Positions 1 through 8,721 of a DNA stretch of 64,000 nucleotides are shown here, piece after piece (position 1 is the first letter of the stretch; each line of letters starts with the position of its first letter). Both the position numbers and the translations under genes were made by a program. The notes beneath the pieces were generated by a model. It was given only the letters and a program-made list of their open reading frames with translations. It was not told the DNA's origin and searched no databases. Source of the stretch: an uncultured Actinomycetes bacterium (GTDB taxonomy: Bacteria > Actinomycetota > Actinomycetes > S36-B12); the NCBI GenBank assembly GCA_963842725.1, contig CAWJHN010000003.1, positions 107,536 to 171,535 of the forward strand. The letters run 5' to 3'.

Positions 1-1013
1 CGTCCGAGGCCGCCCCTGCGACGGACGTCGCCGTCTCCCTGATCACCAAGGACTCGACCAACCCGTTCTTCGTCGCCATGCAAGAGGGCGCCAAGAAGTC
101 GGCCGAAGCTCTGGGTATCGACCTCACCATCGCCTCCGGCAAGGAGGAGGGTGACGACGCGGGCCAGATCACCGCGATCGAGACCGCCATCGCGGCCGGC
201 CAGGCGGGCATCCTCATCACCCCGATGTCCGTCAACGTGAACGACGCCATCTCGAAGGCCCGCGACGCCGGGCTCTACGTGATCGCGCTCGACACGCCGA
301 CCGATCCGCCGGACGTCGTCGACATCACCTTCGCGACCGACAACTGCCTGGCCGGCGAGGCCATCGGCCAGTGGGCCGCAGGCAAGATGGACGGCCAGAA
401 GGCGATCATCGCCCGCCTGGTCATCTTCAACGACCGCATGGTGTCCGTCGACTACTGCCGCGACAACGGCTTCCTCAAGGGCATGGGCATCGACTACAAG
501 GACCTCACCATCATGGGTGATGAGGAGACCACGGGTCAGTACACCACCGGCAAGGGTGGCGAGTACGAGATCGCGTGCCTCGAGGCCACTGGCGCCAACG
601 AAGAGGGTGGCCAGAAGGGCATGGAGACCTGTCTCTCCAAGAACCCTGACATCAACCTCGTCTACACGATCAACGAGCCGACTGCAGCTGGCGCTGCCAA
701 CGCCCTCAAGGCGGCTGGCAAGACCATCGGCACCGACGTTCAGGTCGTCTCGGTCGACGGCGGCCTGTCCGGCGTCGAGGCCGTCCAGGCGGGCACCATC
801 GGCGCCACCTCACAGCAGTACCCGCTGAAGATGGCGGAGCTCGGCGTCCAGGCGATCTACGACTTCGCGACCGCTGGCACCGAGGCGACTGTGACCGAGG
901 GCAAGGACTTCTTCGACACGGGCGTCGTCCTGTGCACGGAGGATCCGCAGGACACCGTCACGGTGACCGAGCAGCAGAACGCGCAGTACTGCATCGACAA
1001 CGCGTGGGGCTAA
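1..1013 (+). CDS. Sugar ABC transporter substrate-binding protein (RbsB/FrcB-like), 5'-truncated by the window edge
   Basis: Frame is open upstream of ATG 78 (ITKDSTNPFFVAM); motifs VIALDTP, TFATDN, VYTINEP, SVDGG, QQYPLKMAELGV; first gene of an ABC operon. Confidence 0.9.
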   Translation, partial: SEAAPATDVAVSLITKDSTNPFFVAMQEGAKKSAEALGIDLTIASGKEEGDDAGQITAIETAIAAGQAGILITPMSVNVNDAISKARDAGLYVIALDTPTDPPDVVDITFATDNCLAGEAIGQWAAGKMDGQKAIIARLVIFNDRMVSVDYCRDNGFLKGMGIDYKDLTIMGDEETTGQYTTGKGGEYEIACLEATGANEEGGQKGMETCLSKNPDINLVYTINEPTAAGAANALKAAGKTIGTDVQVVSVDGGLSGVEAVQAGTIGATSQQYPLKMAELGVQAIYDFATAGTEATVTEGKDFFDTGVVLCTEDPQDTVTVTEQQNAQYCIDNAWG

Positions 1014-1063
1014 GCCCTCGGGCAGAAACCCTCGCTGCGTGATGTAGCGACATGCACAGCCGT

Positions 1064-1098
1064 GCCGGGGCCGCGGGGCCAGACCCTGCGGCCCCGGT
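1064..1098 (+). other. Intercistronic stem-loop between the binding-protein and permease genes
   Basis: gccggggccgcgggg-ccaga-ccctgcggccccggt inverted repeat with G-U pairs. Confidence 0.55.
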
Positions 1099-1212
1099 GC
1101 ACGTCCGGGGCCGGCCTCGCGTCTCCCGAAATCTACGAACTCAAGACACGATCACCCACAAGGGTGTGGACTTCCCACACAGAACAACCCCACGAGCTGA
1201 GGAGGCAGACGG

Positions 1213-2244
1213 GTGAGTACCCCCACTCCCGTGACCGATGCCGAAGCACTGATGGACTCGCTAGACAGCAGTAGTCCAATGCATCGCGTCCATCACGTGC
1301 TTCACAAGTACCCCTGGATCAGCCCCCTCATCGTGCTGATCATTGCGATGATCGTCTTCACGCTGCTGAACGACAAGTTCATCGCCCCACGCAACCTGTC
1401 GCTGATCACGCAGCAGGTGTCCATCGTCGGGGCCATCGCCGTGGCGCAGACACTGGTCATCCTCACGGCGGGCATCGACCTGTCGGTCGGGGCCATCGCC
1501 GTGCTGTCCAGCATGGTCATGGCGAAGACGGCGTTCGACCAGGGCGTCCCCGGTCCGCTGGCGCTCGTCATCGGACTGCTGATCGGCACGGCCGCCGGCG
1601 CGCTCAACGGCCTGCTGATCACCCGGCTGAACCTGCCTCCCTTCATCGTCACGCTGGGTACCTTGGGCATATTCACCGCCCTGACCCTGATCTACGCGAC
1701 CGGTCGAACCGTGCGCGACAACGAACTGCCCGACATCCTGAAGGTGCTGGGCACGCCCATCTCGCTCGGCCCATTCCAGATCACCTACGGCGTGGTCGTG
1801 ATGATCCTTCTCTACGCCGTGTTCGCCTACATCCTGCGGAACACCGCATGGGGGCGTCACGTGTACGCCGTCGGCGACGATCCGGGCGCCGCTCTCCTCG
1901 CCGGCATCCAGGTCAAGCGGGTGCTGTTCAGCGTCTACACCGTGGCCGGCCTCATCCTGGCGATCGCGGGCTGGATCACGATCGGCCGGGTGAACGCCGC
2001 CAGTCCGAACGTCATCCCTGACGCGAACCTCGACTCCATCACCGCAGTCGTGATCGGCGGCACCTCGCTGTTCGGCGGTCGTGGCACGATGATCGGCACC
2101 CTGATCGGTGCCATCCTCGTCGGCGTGGTCTCCAACGGCCTGTCCCTCGCCGGTCTCGACCAGGCCTACAAGATCCTCGCGATCGGCATCCTCGTCATCA
2201 CCGCCGTGGCCCTGGACCAGTGGATCAGGAGGGTCCGTTCATGA
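1213..2244 (+). CDS. Sugar ABC transporter permease (RbsC family)
   Basis: TAGIDLSVG, PPFIVTLG, GRHVYAVGD and AVVIGGTSLFGGRG motifs; polytopic; SD gaggagg upstream. Confidence 0.93.
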   Translation: MSTPTPVTDAEALMDSLDSSSPMHRVHHVLHKYPWISPLIVLIIAMIVFTLLNDKFIAPRNLSLITQQVSIVGAIAVAQTLVILTAGIDLSVGAIAVLSSMVMAKTAFDQGVPGPLALVIGLLIGTAAGALNGLLITRLNLPPFIVTLGTLGIFTALTLIYATGRTVRDNELPDILKVLGTPISLGPFQITYGVVVMILLYAVFAYILRNTAWGRHVYAVGDDPGAALLAGIQVKRVLFSVYTVAGLILAIAGWITIGRVNAASPNVIPDANLDSITAVVIGGTSLFGGRGTMIGTLIGAILVGVVSNGLSLAGLDQAYKILAIGILVITAVALDQWIRRVRS

Positions 2245-3065
2245 CAACCCAGCTGACTCTGGCACCCGTCGTCCAGGCGAAGAACCTCATCGTGACCTTC
2301 GGTCGCGTCGTGGGCCTGAACAACTGCAACATGGAGCTGTACCCGGGCGAGGTGCTCGCGGTGATCGGCGACAACGGCGCGGGCAAGTCCACGCTCATCA
2401 AGTGCCTGTCCGGGGCCTACACCCCGGATTCGGGGCACATCATGGTCGACGGCGAGGAGGTGCACTTCAAGAACTCCCTCGAGTCCCGCTACGTGGGCAT
2501 CGAGACCGTGTACCAGACGCTCGCCGTCGCCCCTGCCCTCGACATCGCGTCGAACCTGTACCTCGGCCGTGAGCTCCGCAAGCCGGGGTTCATGGGCACG
2601 GTGTTCCGGCAGCTCGACCACAGCGGCATGCGCAAGAACGCCAAGGACGAGATCACCAAGCTCGGCATCGGCACCCTGCAGGACATGAGCCAGGCGGTCG
2701 AGACGCTCTCGGGCGGCCAGCGTCAGGCCGTGTCCGTCGCCCGGGCGCAGCTGTTCGGCAGCAAGGTGATCATCCTGGACGAGCCCACGGCCGCCCTCGG
2801 CGTCCGCGAGTCCAACCAGGTCCTGAAGATGATCGAGGGGCTCCGCGATCGCGGCATCCCGGTCATCCTCATCTCGCACAACATGCCGCAGGTGTTCCAG
2901 GTCGCCGACCGGGTGCACGTCCAGCGGCTGGGGTCCCGGGCCGCGGTCGTGACCCCGCAGACCCACTCGATGAACGACTTCGTCGCCATCATGACCGGGG
3001 CGCTGAAGGTGGACGAGAAGGATCAGGCCCTCGGGCCGGTGCGCGTACCGGCGGCGCAGGCCTAA
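2241..3065 (+). CDS. Sugar ABC transporter ATP-binding protein (single ATPase domain)
   Basis: Walker A GDNGAGKST, signature LSGGQRQ, Walker B IILDEPT; ATGA overlap with the permease stop. Confidence 0.93.
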   Translation: MTTQLTLAPVVQAKNLIVTFGRVVGLNNCNMELYPGEVLAVIGDNGAGKSTLIKCLSGAYTPDSGHIMVDGEEVHFKNSLESRYVGIETVYQTLAVAPALDIASNLYLGRELRKPGFMGTVFRQLDHSGMRKNAKDEITKLGIGTLQDMSQAVETLSGGQRQAVSVARAQLFGSKVIILDEPTAALGVRESNQVLKMIEGLRDRGIPVILISHNMPQVFQVADRVHVQRLGSRAAVVTPQTHSMNDFVAIMTGALKVDEKDQALGPVRVPAAQA

Positions 3066-3086
3066 GGCGTTCATCCCTACGCGAGA

Positions 3087-3129
3087 GAACGTGGAGAGCC
3101 GGGCCGATTCGGCCCGGCTCTCCTCGTTC
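3087..3129. terminator. Bidirectional terminator-like hairpin between convergent genes
   Basis: gaacgtggagagccgggccg-att-cggcccggctctcctcgttc inverted repeat. Confidence 0.7.
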
Positions 3130-3173
3130 GTCCGCAGAGCCGGACGGCCGGCTCCGCCGAACGGGTGGCGTGG

Positions 3174-4181
3174 CTAGGCGTAGAGGGCGGGCCGCTCGGG
3201 CAGGGTGATGTCGATGGTCCGTCCGGAGCGCAACGACTCGATCCCCCGGTTGGCGGTCAGGGTCGCCACGTATCCGTCCCAGGCGCTCGCGCCGGGCGCC
3301 GGTCCGCGGCCACGCAGGTGGTCGACCCACGCCTGCAACTGACGCCGGTATGCATCCTGGAAGCGGCCCAGCCACAGCTCGGGCACGTCCACCCCGCGCA
3401 GGCCCGCGGCGGAGCGGGTGACGTACGAGCCGTCCCCCATCACGGCCGATCCCGAACTGCCGGTGACCTGGCAGCTGACGTCGTAGCCGTAGCGGGCATT
3501 GACGAAGGCCTCGATGTCGACGAGCACGCCGGACGCCGTTCGCAGGATGATCATCAGCGGGTCCTGCTCCCCCTCGGGGGTCGCCGGGCTCGGACGACCG
3601 GACAGCACGGTGACGCTCTGGTACTCGTCGTCCAGGAGCCAGCGCATGATGTCCAGCTCGTGGATCGCCATGTTCGTGAGGGTGGCCGCGCTCGACAGAC
3701 CGTACGGAGCGCTGGTGTTGCGGTGGATGTTGTGGACGAGCAGCGCCTCGCCGAGCAGGCCGTCGGACAACTGCGCCTTCAGCTGGCCGTACCCCGCGTC
3801 GAACCGCCGCATGAACCCCATCATGATCAGGCGCCGACCGGTCTCCACTTCGGCGTCGACCACCGCCCGGGCGTCGGACTCGACGGGCGCCAGGGGCTTC
3901 TCGCACAGAGTCGGCTTGCCCGCTGCAAGGCACGCAAGGACCTGGTCCGGGTGCATCGCGTCGGGCGAGGCGATCACGATCGCGTCCACGTCATGCGCGT
4001 CGACGACCTCCTGCGCGGACCCGGCCACCACACTGCCGAGCTCAGCGGCCAGCCGCGCCGCACGATCGAGGTCGGCGTCGTAGAGGGTCGTGACAGTCGA
4101 GCCGGAGACCGACAGTGCCAGGTCGCGGGCGTGCGACGTGCCGATGTTGCCGGTTCCGATCACGCCGATCCTGACGTTCAT
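3174..4181 (-). CDS. iolG: Gfo/Idh/MocA oxidoreductase, myo-inositol 2-dehydrogenase-like
   Basis: GVIGTGNIG, CEKPLA, GFMRRFD, IHELD and NARYGYDV motifs; SD aggagga before ATG 4181. Confidence 0.8.
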   Translation of the reverse strand: MNVRIGVIGTGNIGTSHARDLALSVSGSTVTTLYDADLDRAARLAAELGSVVAGSAQEVVDAHDVDAIVIASPDAMHPDQVLACLAAGKPTLCEKPLAPVESDARAVVDAEVETGRRLIMMGFMRRFDAGYGQLKAQLSDGLLGEALLVHNIHRNTSAPYGLSSAATLTNMAIHELDIMRWLLDDEYQSVTVLSGRPSPATPEGEQDPLMIILRTASGVLVDIEAFVNARYGYDVSCQVTGSSGSAVMGDGSYVTRSAAGLRGVDVPELWLGRFQDAYRRQLQAWVDHLRGRGPAPGASAWDGYVATLTANRGIESLRSGRTIDITLPERPALYA

Positions 4182-4238
4182 GGTCCTCCTTCGACGCCCG
4201 CTGGCTACGCTCGATTCGACCACACGACGGAGGGCACC

Positions 4239-5096
4239 ATGGCGCAGACCAGCTTCCTGAGCCGGCTTACCGGCTCATTCTCCACGTCCGCGGCGCAGAA
4301 TCCGACGGTTGCGCTCATGGAGGCCGCCTTCGTCGATGCGGGCATGGACGTCCGGTACATCAACTGCGAGGTGCCGCCCCTGAACCTGGCTGACGCGGTG
4401 CGGGGGGCGGTGGCGATGGGGTGGCTCGGGTTCAACTGCTCGATACCGCACAAGGTGTCCGTGCTCGAGTACCTCGACGAGCTGGCCCCGTCCGCCTCGA
4501 TCATCGGCGCCGTCAATTGCGTCGTCATCGAGGACGGTCGGCTCATCGGCGAGAACACCGACGGCCAAGGGTTCATCGCGTCGCTTCGCCAGGCGGTGGA
4601 CCCGCTCGGACTGGATCTCCTCATCTTCGGCGCCGGCGGGGCGGCACGCGCCATCGCCGTCGAGGCGGCGCTCGCCGGCGCCCGCCACGTCACGATCGTC
4701 AATCGCGACCCGGGCCGCGGGGCCACGCTCGCCGAGCTCATCTCGACCCGTACGCCGGCCACGGCGCAGTTCCTCCCCTGGACCCCGGCATTCGCCGTAC
4801 CCGCATCGGCGCACGTCGTCATCAACGCAACCTCGATCGGCTTCCACCCGAACACCGGCGATCGGCTCGACGTCGACACCACGACGCTGAAGGCGGGCAT
4901 GGTCGTCGCGGACGTCGTCGTGAATCCGCCCGTGACGCCGTGGCTGAAGTCCGCCGAGGAGCAGGGCTGCACCACGCTGACCGGGCTGGGGATGCTGGTG
5001 AACCAGGGGCTGATCAACGTGCGGCTGTGGACCGGGCAGGACGTCAGCGGCGCCGTGATGCGGACTGTGCTCGAGGACCTGTTCGGAGTCTCCTGA
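4239..5096 (+). CDS. Shikimate/quinate dehydrogenase family protein with atypical N-terminus
   Basis: GFNCSIPHK, IGAVN, NTDGQGF, GAGGAARA, INATSIG and GLGMLVNQG motifs; the canonical HSxSP motif is replaced by AAQNPT. Confidence 0.85.
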   Translation: MAQTSFLSRLTGSFSTSAAQNPTVALMEAAFVDAGMDVRYINCEVPPLNLADAVRGAVAMGWLGFNCSIPHKVSVLEYLDELAPSASIIGAVNCVVIEDGRLIGENTDGQGFIASLRQAVDPLGLDLLIFGAGGAARAIAVEAALAGARHVTIVNRDPGRGATLAELISTRTPATAQFLPWTPAFAVPASAHVVINATSIGFHPNTGDRLDVDTTTLKAGMVVADVVVNPPVTPWLKSAEEQGCTTLTGLGMLVNQGLINVRLWTGQDVSGAVMRTVLEDLFGVS

Positions 5097-5168
5097 CGCT
5101 GCCGCGACGGCTGCTGCCCGTCCTGACAGAATGACGGGCACGCCATCTCGCACCCGTGGAAGGACATC

Positions 5169-6218
5169 ATGGACGTTCGCGCCTACGCGGCCCTGACCCC
5201 CAACGCCCCCCTGGCACCGTTCACGGTGACTCGTCGAGACCTCCGTCCGGAGGACGTTGCGATCGACATCAAGTACGCGGGCATCTGCCACTCCGACATC
5301 CACCAGGCGCGCGAGGAGTGGGGTGCCGCGTCCATCTTCCCGATGGTGCCGGGCCATGAGATCGCCGGCATCGTGACCGCGGTCGGCAGCGACGTGACGC
5401 GGCACGCGGTGGGCGACCGGGTCGGCATCGGCTGCTACGTCGACTCCTGCCGCGAGTGCGACAACTGCAAGGCGGGTCAGCAGAGCTACTGCCTCGGCGC
5501 GATGGCGATGACCTACAACGGGCTCGAGATGGACGGCGTCACGCCCACGTACGGCGGATACTCGACCCACATCGTGGCCGACCAGAACTACGTCCTTCGC
5601 ATCCCCGACTCGCTCGCGCTCGACGTCGCCGCGCCGCTCCTGTGCGCCGGCATCACCTGCTACCAGCCGCTCGCCGAGTGGAAGGCCGGTCCGGGCATGC
5701 GCGTGGGCATCGTCGGCCTCGGCGGACTGGGGCACATGGGCGTCAAGATCGCCGCCGCCATGGGCGCCGACGTGACGCTCATCAGCCACTCGCCGGGCAA
5801 GGAGTCGGACGGCTACCGGCTCGGTGCCCACCACTTCCTGCTGTCCAGCGACAAGGCGGCCATGCGCGCGGCCGGCAGTTCCCTTGACCTGATCATCAAT
5901 ACGGCGAGTGCCGTGACGAAGCTCGATCCCTACCTGCGGCTCCTCGCCCTCGACGGCACGATGGTGATGGTCGGCTTGCCGACGGAGACCCTCACAGTGA
6001 GCGCCTTCACGCTGACCGCCCAGCGTCGTCGGCTCGCCGGCACGAACAACGGGAGCATCCCGCAGACCCAGGAGATGCTCGACTTCTGCGGCGAGCACGG
6101 CCTGGGCTGCGACGTCGAGACCATCGCCGTCCAGCAGGTCAACGAGGCCTGGGACCGGGTCGTGGCCAGTGACGTCAAGTACCGATTCGTCATCGATACG
6201 GCGTCACTGCTGGACTGA
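5169..6218 (+). CDS. Zn-dependent NADP alcohol dehydrogenase (cinnamyl-alcohol DH/AdhC family)
   Basis: GICHSD, PGHE, CRECDNC...C structural Zn site, APLLCAG, GLGGLG, KYRFVID. Confidence 0.92.
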   Translation: MDVRAYAALTPNAPLAPFTVTRRDLRPEDVAIDIKYAGICHSDIHQAREEWGAASIFPMVPGHEIAGIVTAVGSDVTRHAVGDRVGIGCYVDSCRECDNCKAGQQSYCLGAMAMTYNGLEMDGVTPTYGGYSTHIVADQNYVLRIPDSLALDVAAPLLCAGITCYQPLAEWKAGPGMRVGIVGLGGLGHMGVKIAAAMGADVTLISHSPGKESDGYRLGAHHFLLSSDKAAMRAAGSSLDLIINTASAVTKLDPYLRLLALDGTMVMVGLPTETLTVSAFTLTAQRRRLAGTNNGSIPQTQEMLDFCGEHGLGCDVETIAVQQVNEAWDRVVASDVKYRFVIDTASLLD

Positions 6219-7031
6219 CCCGTCCTCCCGGCGCGAATCCCACACCGCAACGAGCAACGGGGCGCCTAGGTATACGAACACGCCGGCCAGGATGAAGGTG
6301 AAGAGGGCGAACGTCACCCCGATCGGCCCGAACTGCTCCGCCTGCTGTGACAGGGCACCGGGCATGTAGAGGGCCGACCAAGCGGTCAGCCCGATGCGCC
6401 CCACGCTGGACAGGACGGCCGATGGCATCAGGAGGCGGCGGGGGATGGTCGGCACCAACAGCCGCAGTCCGGCCATGTCACCGAAGAACCACACGGCCAG
6501 CAGGATCACGACCGCGATCGTCGCGATGACCGTGCCGTTGCTGCGCCGGATACTGCGCAGTTCCGATGCCGACGCGAACAGCGCGATCTGCAGCGCGATC
6601 CACACGACTCCGCGCCACAGTTCGCTGCGCTTGAGCGCCGGCAGCTCGAAGATCGCCGCGTAGGCCCGAGACAGGCGGCGCGATAGGGCGAACGCGGACA
6701 GCGTCGACATGGCCAGTGCCAGCCAGGAGATCGTCACCACGGTTGCCGGCGACTGGAAGAGCGCGTGGACGGCCAGGTCGGCAGCGCCCACCAGTCCGAA
6801 CCGGTCGCTCATCTGACTGGCGAGAAGTTCGGCGTTCGGGCCGACGAAGACCGAGACGACCGAGATCAGCAGCGGAAGCAGCGAGACGAAGGCCTGGGCC
6901 GCTAGGCCGAACGACCGGTCCAGCAGCTCGAGCTGGACGAAGCGCCGAACCACCGCCACCGGGTAGCTGCTCAGAAGCCATTGCCTCAGGCCGTCCATGG
7001 CTCGCCTGTCGCGCTCAGCCGGCGGGGTCAC
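6204..7031 (-). CDS. YihY/BrkB-like membrane protein
   Basis: About 6 hydrophobic segments; LAAQAFVSLLPL and QFGPIGVTF motifs; start may be ATG 6998. Confidence 0.6.
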   Translation of the reverse strand: MTPPAERDRRAMDGLRQWLLSSYPVAVVRRFVQLELLDRSFGLAAQAFVSLLPLLISVVSVFVGPNAELLASQMSDRFGLVGAADLAVHALFQSPATVVTISWLALAMSTLSAFALSRRLSRAYAAIFELPALKRSELWRGVVWIALQIALFASASELRSIRRSNGTVIATIAVVILLAVWFFGDMAGLRLLVPTIPRRLLMPSAVLSSVGRIGLTAWSALYMPGALSQQAEQFGPIGVTFALFTFILAGVFVYLGAPLLVAVWDSRREDGSVQQ

Positions 7032-7139
7032 ACGGCTCGGAACCTGCGGGGCTCGCTGCGCTCACTCCTCGCCCCCTTCGCGGACACACGGCTCGGAACC
7101 TCCGGGGCTCGCTGCGCTCACTCCTCGCCCCCTTCGCGG
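7029..7139. repeat. Two tandem copies of a 55-bp REP-like unit (56-bp period)
   Basis: 7029-7083 and 7085-7139: cacacggctcggaacct(g/c)cggggctcgctgcgctcactcctcgcccccttcgcgg, one mismatch. Confidence 0.9.
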
Positions 7140-7996
7140 TAAATCGGCCTCGTCAGGCACGTCGGCCCACCCTCGCCCTTGTTGATCTCGCTGGCTGCGT
7201 ACGTGTGCACCTCGACGCCGTGGTCGCGCAGCCTCTTGATCGTCTCGTCGTTGCCCTCGGCGATCACCACGACTCCCGGCGCGACGGCGAGCACATTGCA
7301 GCCAAGGGTGACGTAGTCCTCGTCCGGAACCGGGATCGTCTCGATGCCGCGCGCCTGCAGCGCCTGCAGGAGACGAACCGGCGCCAGCCGCTCGTAGACC
7401 ACGGCGAGGTCGTCGCGAACCGGCGAGACCACGGACATCAGGTGCAGGCAGTACTCCGGACCCTGGTCGTGGGGCAGGTCGAAGGCCTCGACGGAGACGC
7501 CCATCGGTGCCAGTATCTCGGTCAGCTGATCGACCGCCGCCTGGTTCGTCCGGTAGGTGCGGCCTACGGCGAGCGTCGTCCGGTCGAGCCAGAACATGTC
7601 GCCGCCGTCAGCAGTGCCCGGGGCGGAGATCCGTCCCACGACGGGCACTCCGAGGTCCTCGAGCTGCACCGTGAGCAGTGGTGCCTCGCCGACGCGTGCG
7701 GCCTTCGCGCCCCGCAACTGGATGAGGCCGGTGGGGACGACGAAGGCGGGGTCGTAGACGAAACAGGAGTCCGGCATGTCCGCCGCGGGCTCCAGGATCT
7801 CGACGAAGCAGCCGAGCCGCTCGAGCAGCGAAGTGAATCGCGCGTGCTGCTCCTGAAGGAGGCCGCGGTCCAGAGGCTGCGCCCAGTGCGCGGATGCGAA
7901 GTCACCCCGGGTGTCAGGCGGGCGGACGGCGACGCGCCGAAGGGGAGCCACCATCGAGTCGACCCCGAACGAACGAGCCTGGCTGGAGGACGTCAT
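7118..7996 (-). CDS. Amidinotransferase / dimethylarginine dimethylaminohydrolase family (pentein)
   Basis: PDSCFVYDP, DGGD, RTN, CLHL and C-terminal GGPTCLTRP with the catalytic Cys. Confidence 0.85.
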   Translation of the reverse strand: MTSSSQARSFGVDSMVAPLRRVAVRPPDTRGDFASAHWAQPLDRGLLQEQHARFTSLLERLGCFVEILEPAADMPDSCFVYDPAFVVPTGLIQLRGAKAARVGEAPLLTVQLEDLGVPVVGRISAPGTADGGDMFWLDRTTLAVGRTYRTNQAAVDQLTEILAPMGVSVEAFDLPHDQGPEYCLHLMSVVSPVRDDLAVVYERLAPVRLLQALQARGIETIPVPDEDYVTLGCNVLAVAPGVVVIAEGNDETIKRLRDHGVEVHTYAASEINKGEGGPTCLTRPIYREGGEE

Positions 7997-8463
7997 GCCG
8001 GATGCCTTTCGAGAATGCGCAGGATGCGCAGCCGATTGTTACGCAAGATGAGGATGAACGGCGCGTTGACCCCGATGACGACGATCAGGAAGGCGAGCGC
8101 CAGCCACCAGGGGTTCACGGCGAAGAGCACGATCGGCGTCGCCATCGAGATCCAGTGGACCCACTCCGCACGACGGACCTCGCGCACGTACCCCACAAGG
8201 TCGACCCGGGACCGCCCCGGAAGGGCCGACTTGCTTCTCCCTCCGAACGTCGCGCCGAGCTCAGGCAGCCACCCAGCCAGGCGGGACACCCCCACGCGCC
8301 GGTACCAGCGCACCGACTCCCACGGCGCCAGACGCAAGGGGAAGGGATCTCGGTCGAGCCACGCGTCGGGCCAGCGCGGGGCCGTGGCGCCTACCCCGAT
8401 GGACACCCCCGCCACGAAGACGATGTCCAGAAGAACGAGCAGCACGTCACGAGTCATCGACAC
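7993..8463 (-). CDS. CrtO-like glycosyl-4,4'-diaponeurosporenoate acyltransferase family membrane protein
   Basis: WLPELG, YVREVRRAEWVHW and NAPFILILRNNRLR resemble CrtO-family motifs. Confidence 0.65.
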   Translation of the reverse strand: MSMTRDVLLVLLDIVFVAGVSIGVGATAPRWPDAWLDRDPFPLRLAPWESVRWYRRVGVSRLAGWLPELGATFGGRSKSALPGRSRVDLVGYVREVRRAEWVHWISMATPIVLFAVNPWWLALAFLIVVIGVNAPFILILRNNRLRILRILERHPA

Positions 8464-8495
8464 CCCCGCCGTGCATCAGGAGACGGCCCCACAGT

Positions 8496-8630
8496 GCCGC
8501 TATCGCGGCGAGGGAGGGAACCGTCGCCCTCTCGCGACGGCTCCGTAGCGCCGCTATCGCGGCGAGGGAGGGAACCGTCGCCTTCGGCTTCTCCCAAACC
8601 CGGGGCGCCGCTATCGCGGCGAGGGAGGGA
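8496..8630 (-). repeat. Three copies of the tRNA-Ser 3' end plus trailer (tRNA-linked repeats)
   Basis: gccgctatcgcggcgagggaggga at 8496, 8550 and 8607 (the last overlaps the tRNA); the two distal copies extend to ...gggaaccgtcgcc. Confidence 0.9.
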
Positions 8631-8701
8631 TTTGAACCCCCGGAGAGTTTCCCCTCGGGCGCTTTCAAGGCGCCTGCAATCGGCCGCTCTGCCACCTCGC
8701 C
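8617..8701 (-). tRNA. tRNA-Ser (anticodon UGA), CCA not encoded
   Basis: Minus strand: GGCGAGG/CCTCGCC acceptor stem with G discriminator, anticodon arm GGCGC-CTTGAAA-GCGCC, long variable arm GAGGG-GAAA-CTCTC, T-loop GGTTCAAATCC. Confidence 0.95.
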
Positions 8702-8721
8702 TGAGCGGCACAACCGTACTG

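Noticed and set aside
3165-4238. N-terminal extension of the AroE-like ORF (643 aa)
   Set aside because: Antisense shadow of iolG; the real start is ATG 4239 with an SD.
5115-5140. Terminator after the AroE-like gene (tgcccgtc-N10-gacgggca)
   Set aside because: Only an 8-bp stem with a long loop and no U-tract; it could equally be an operator, so it was not called.
6204-8500. Integrated element downstream of tRNA-Ser
   Set aside because: No integrase, no distal att copy seen in the window, and no obvious compositional shift.
8496-8630. CRISPR array
   Set aside because: Only 2-3 units, the repeat equals the tRNA 3' end, spacers are about 20 nt and partly complementary to the repeat, and there are no cas genes in the window.
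8617-8701. Selenocysteine or suppressor tRNA
   Set aside because: The anticodon is UGA (reads UCA, Ser), not UCA; it has a normal 7-bp acceptor stem.
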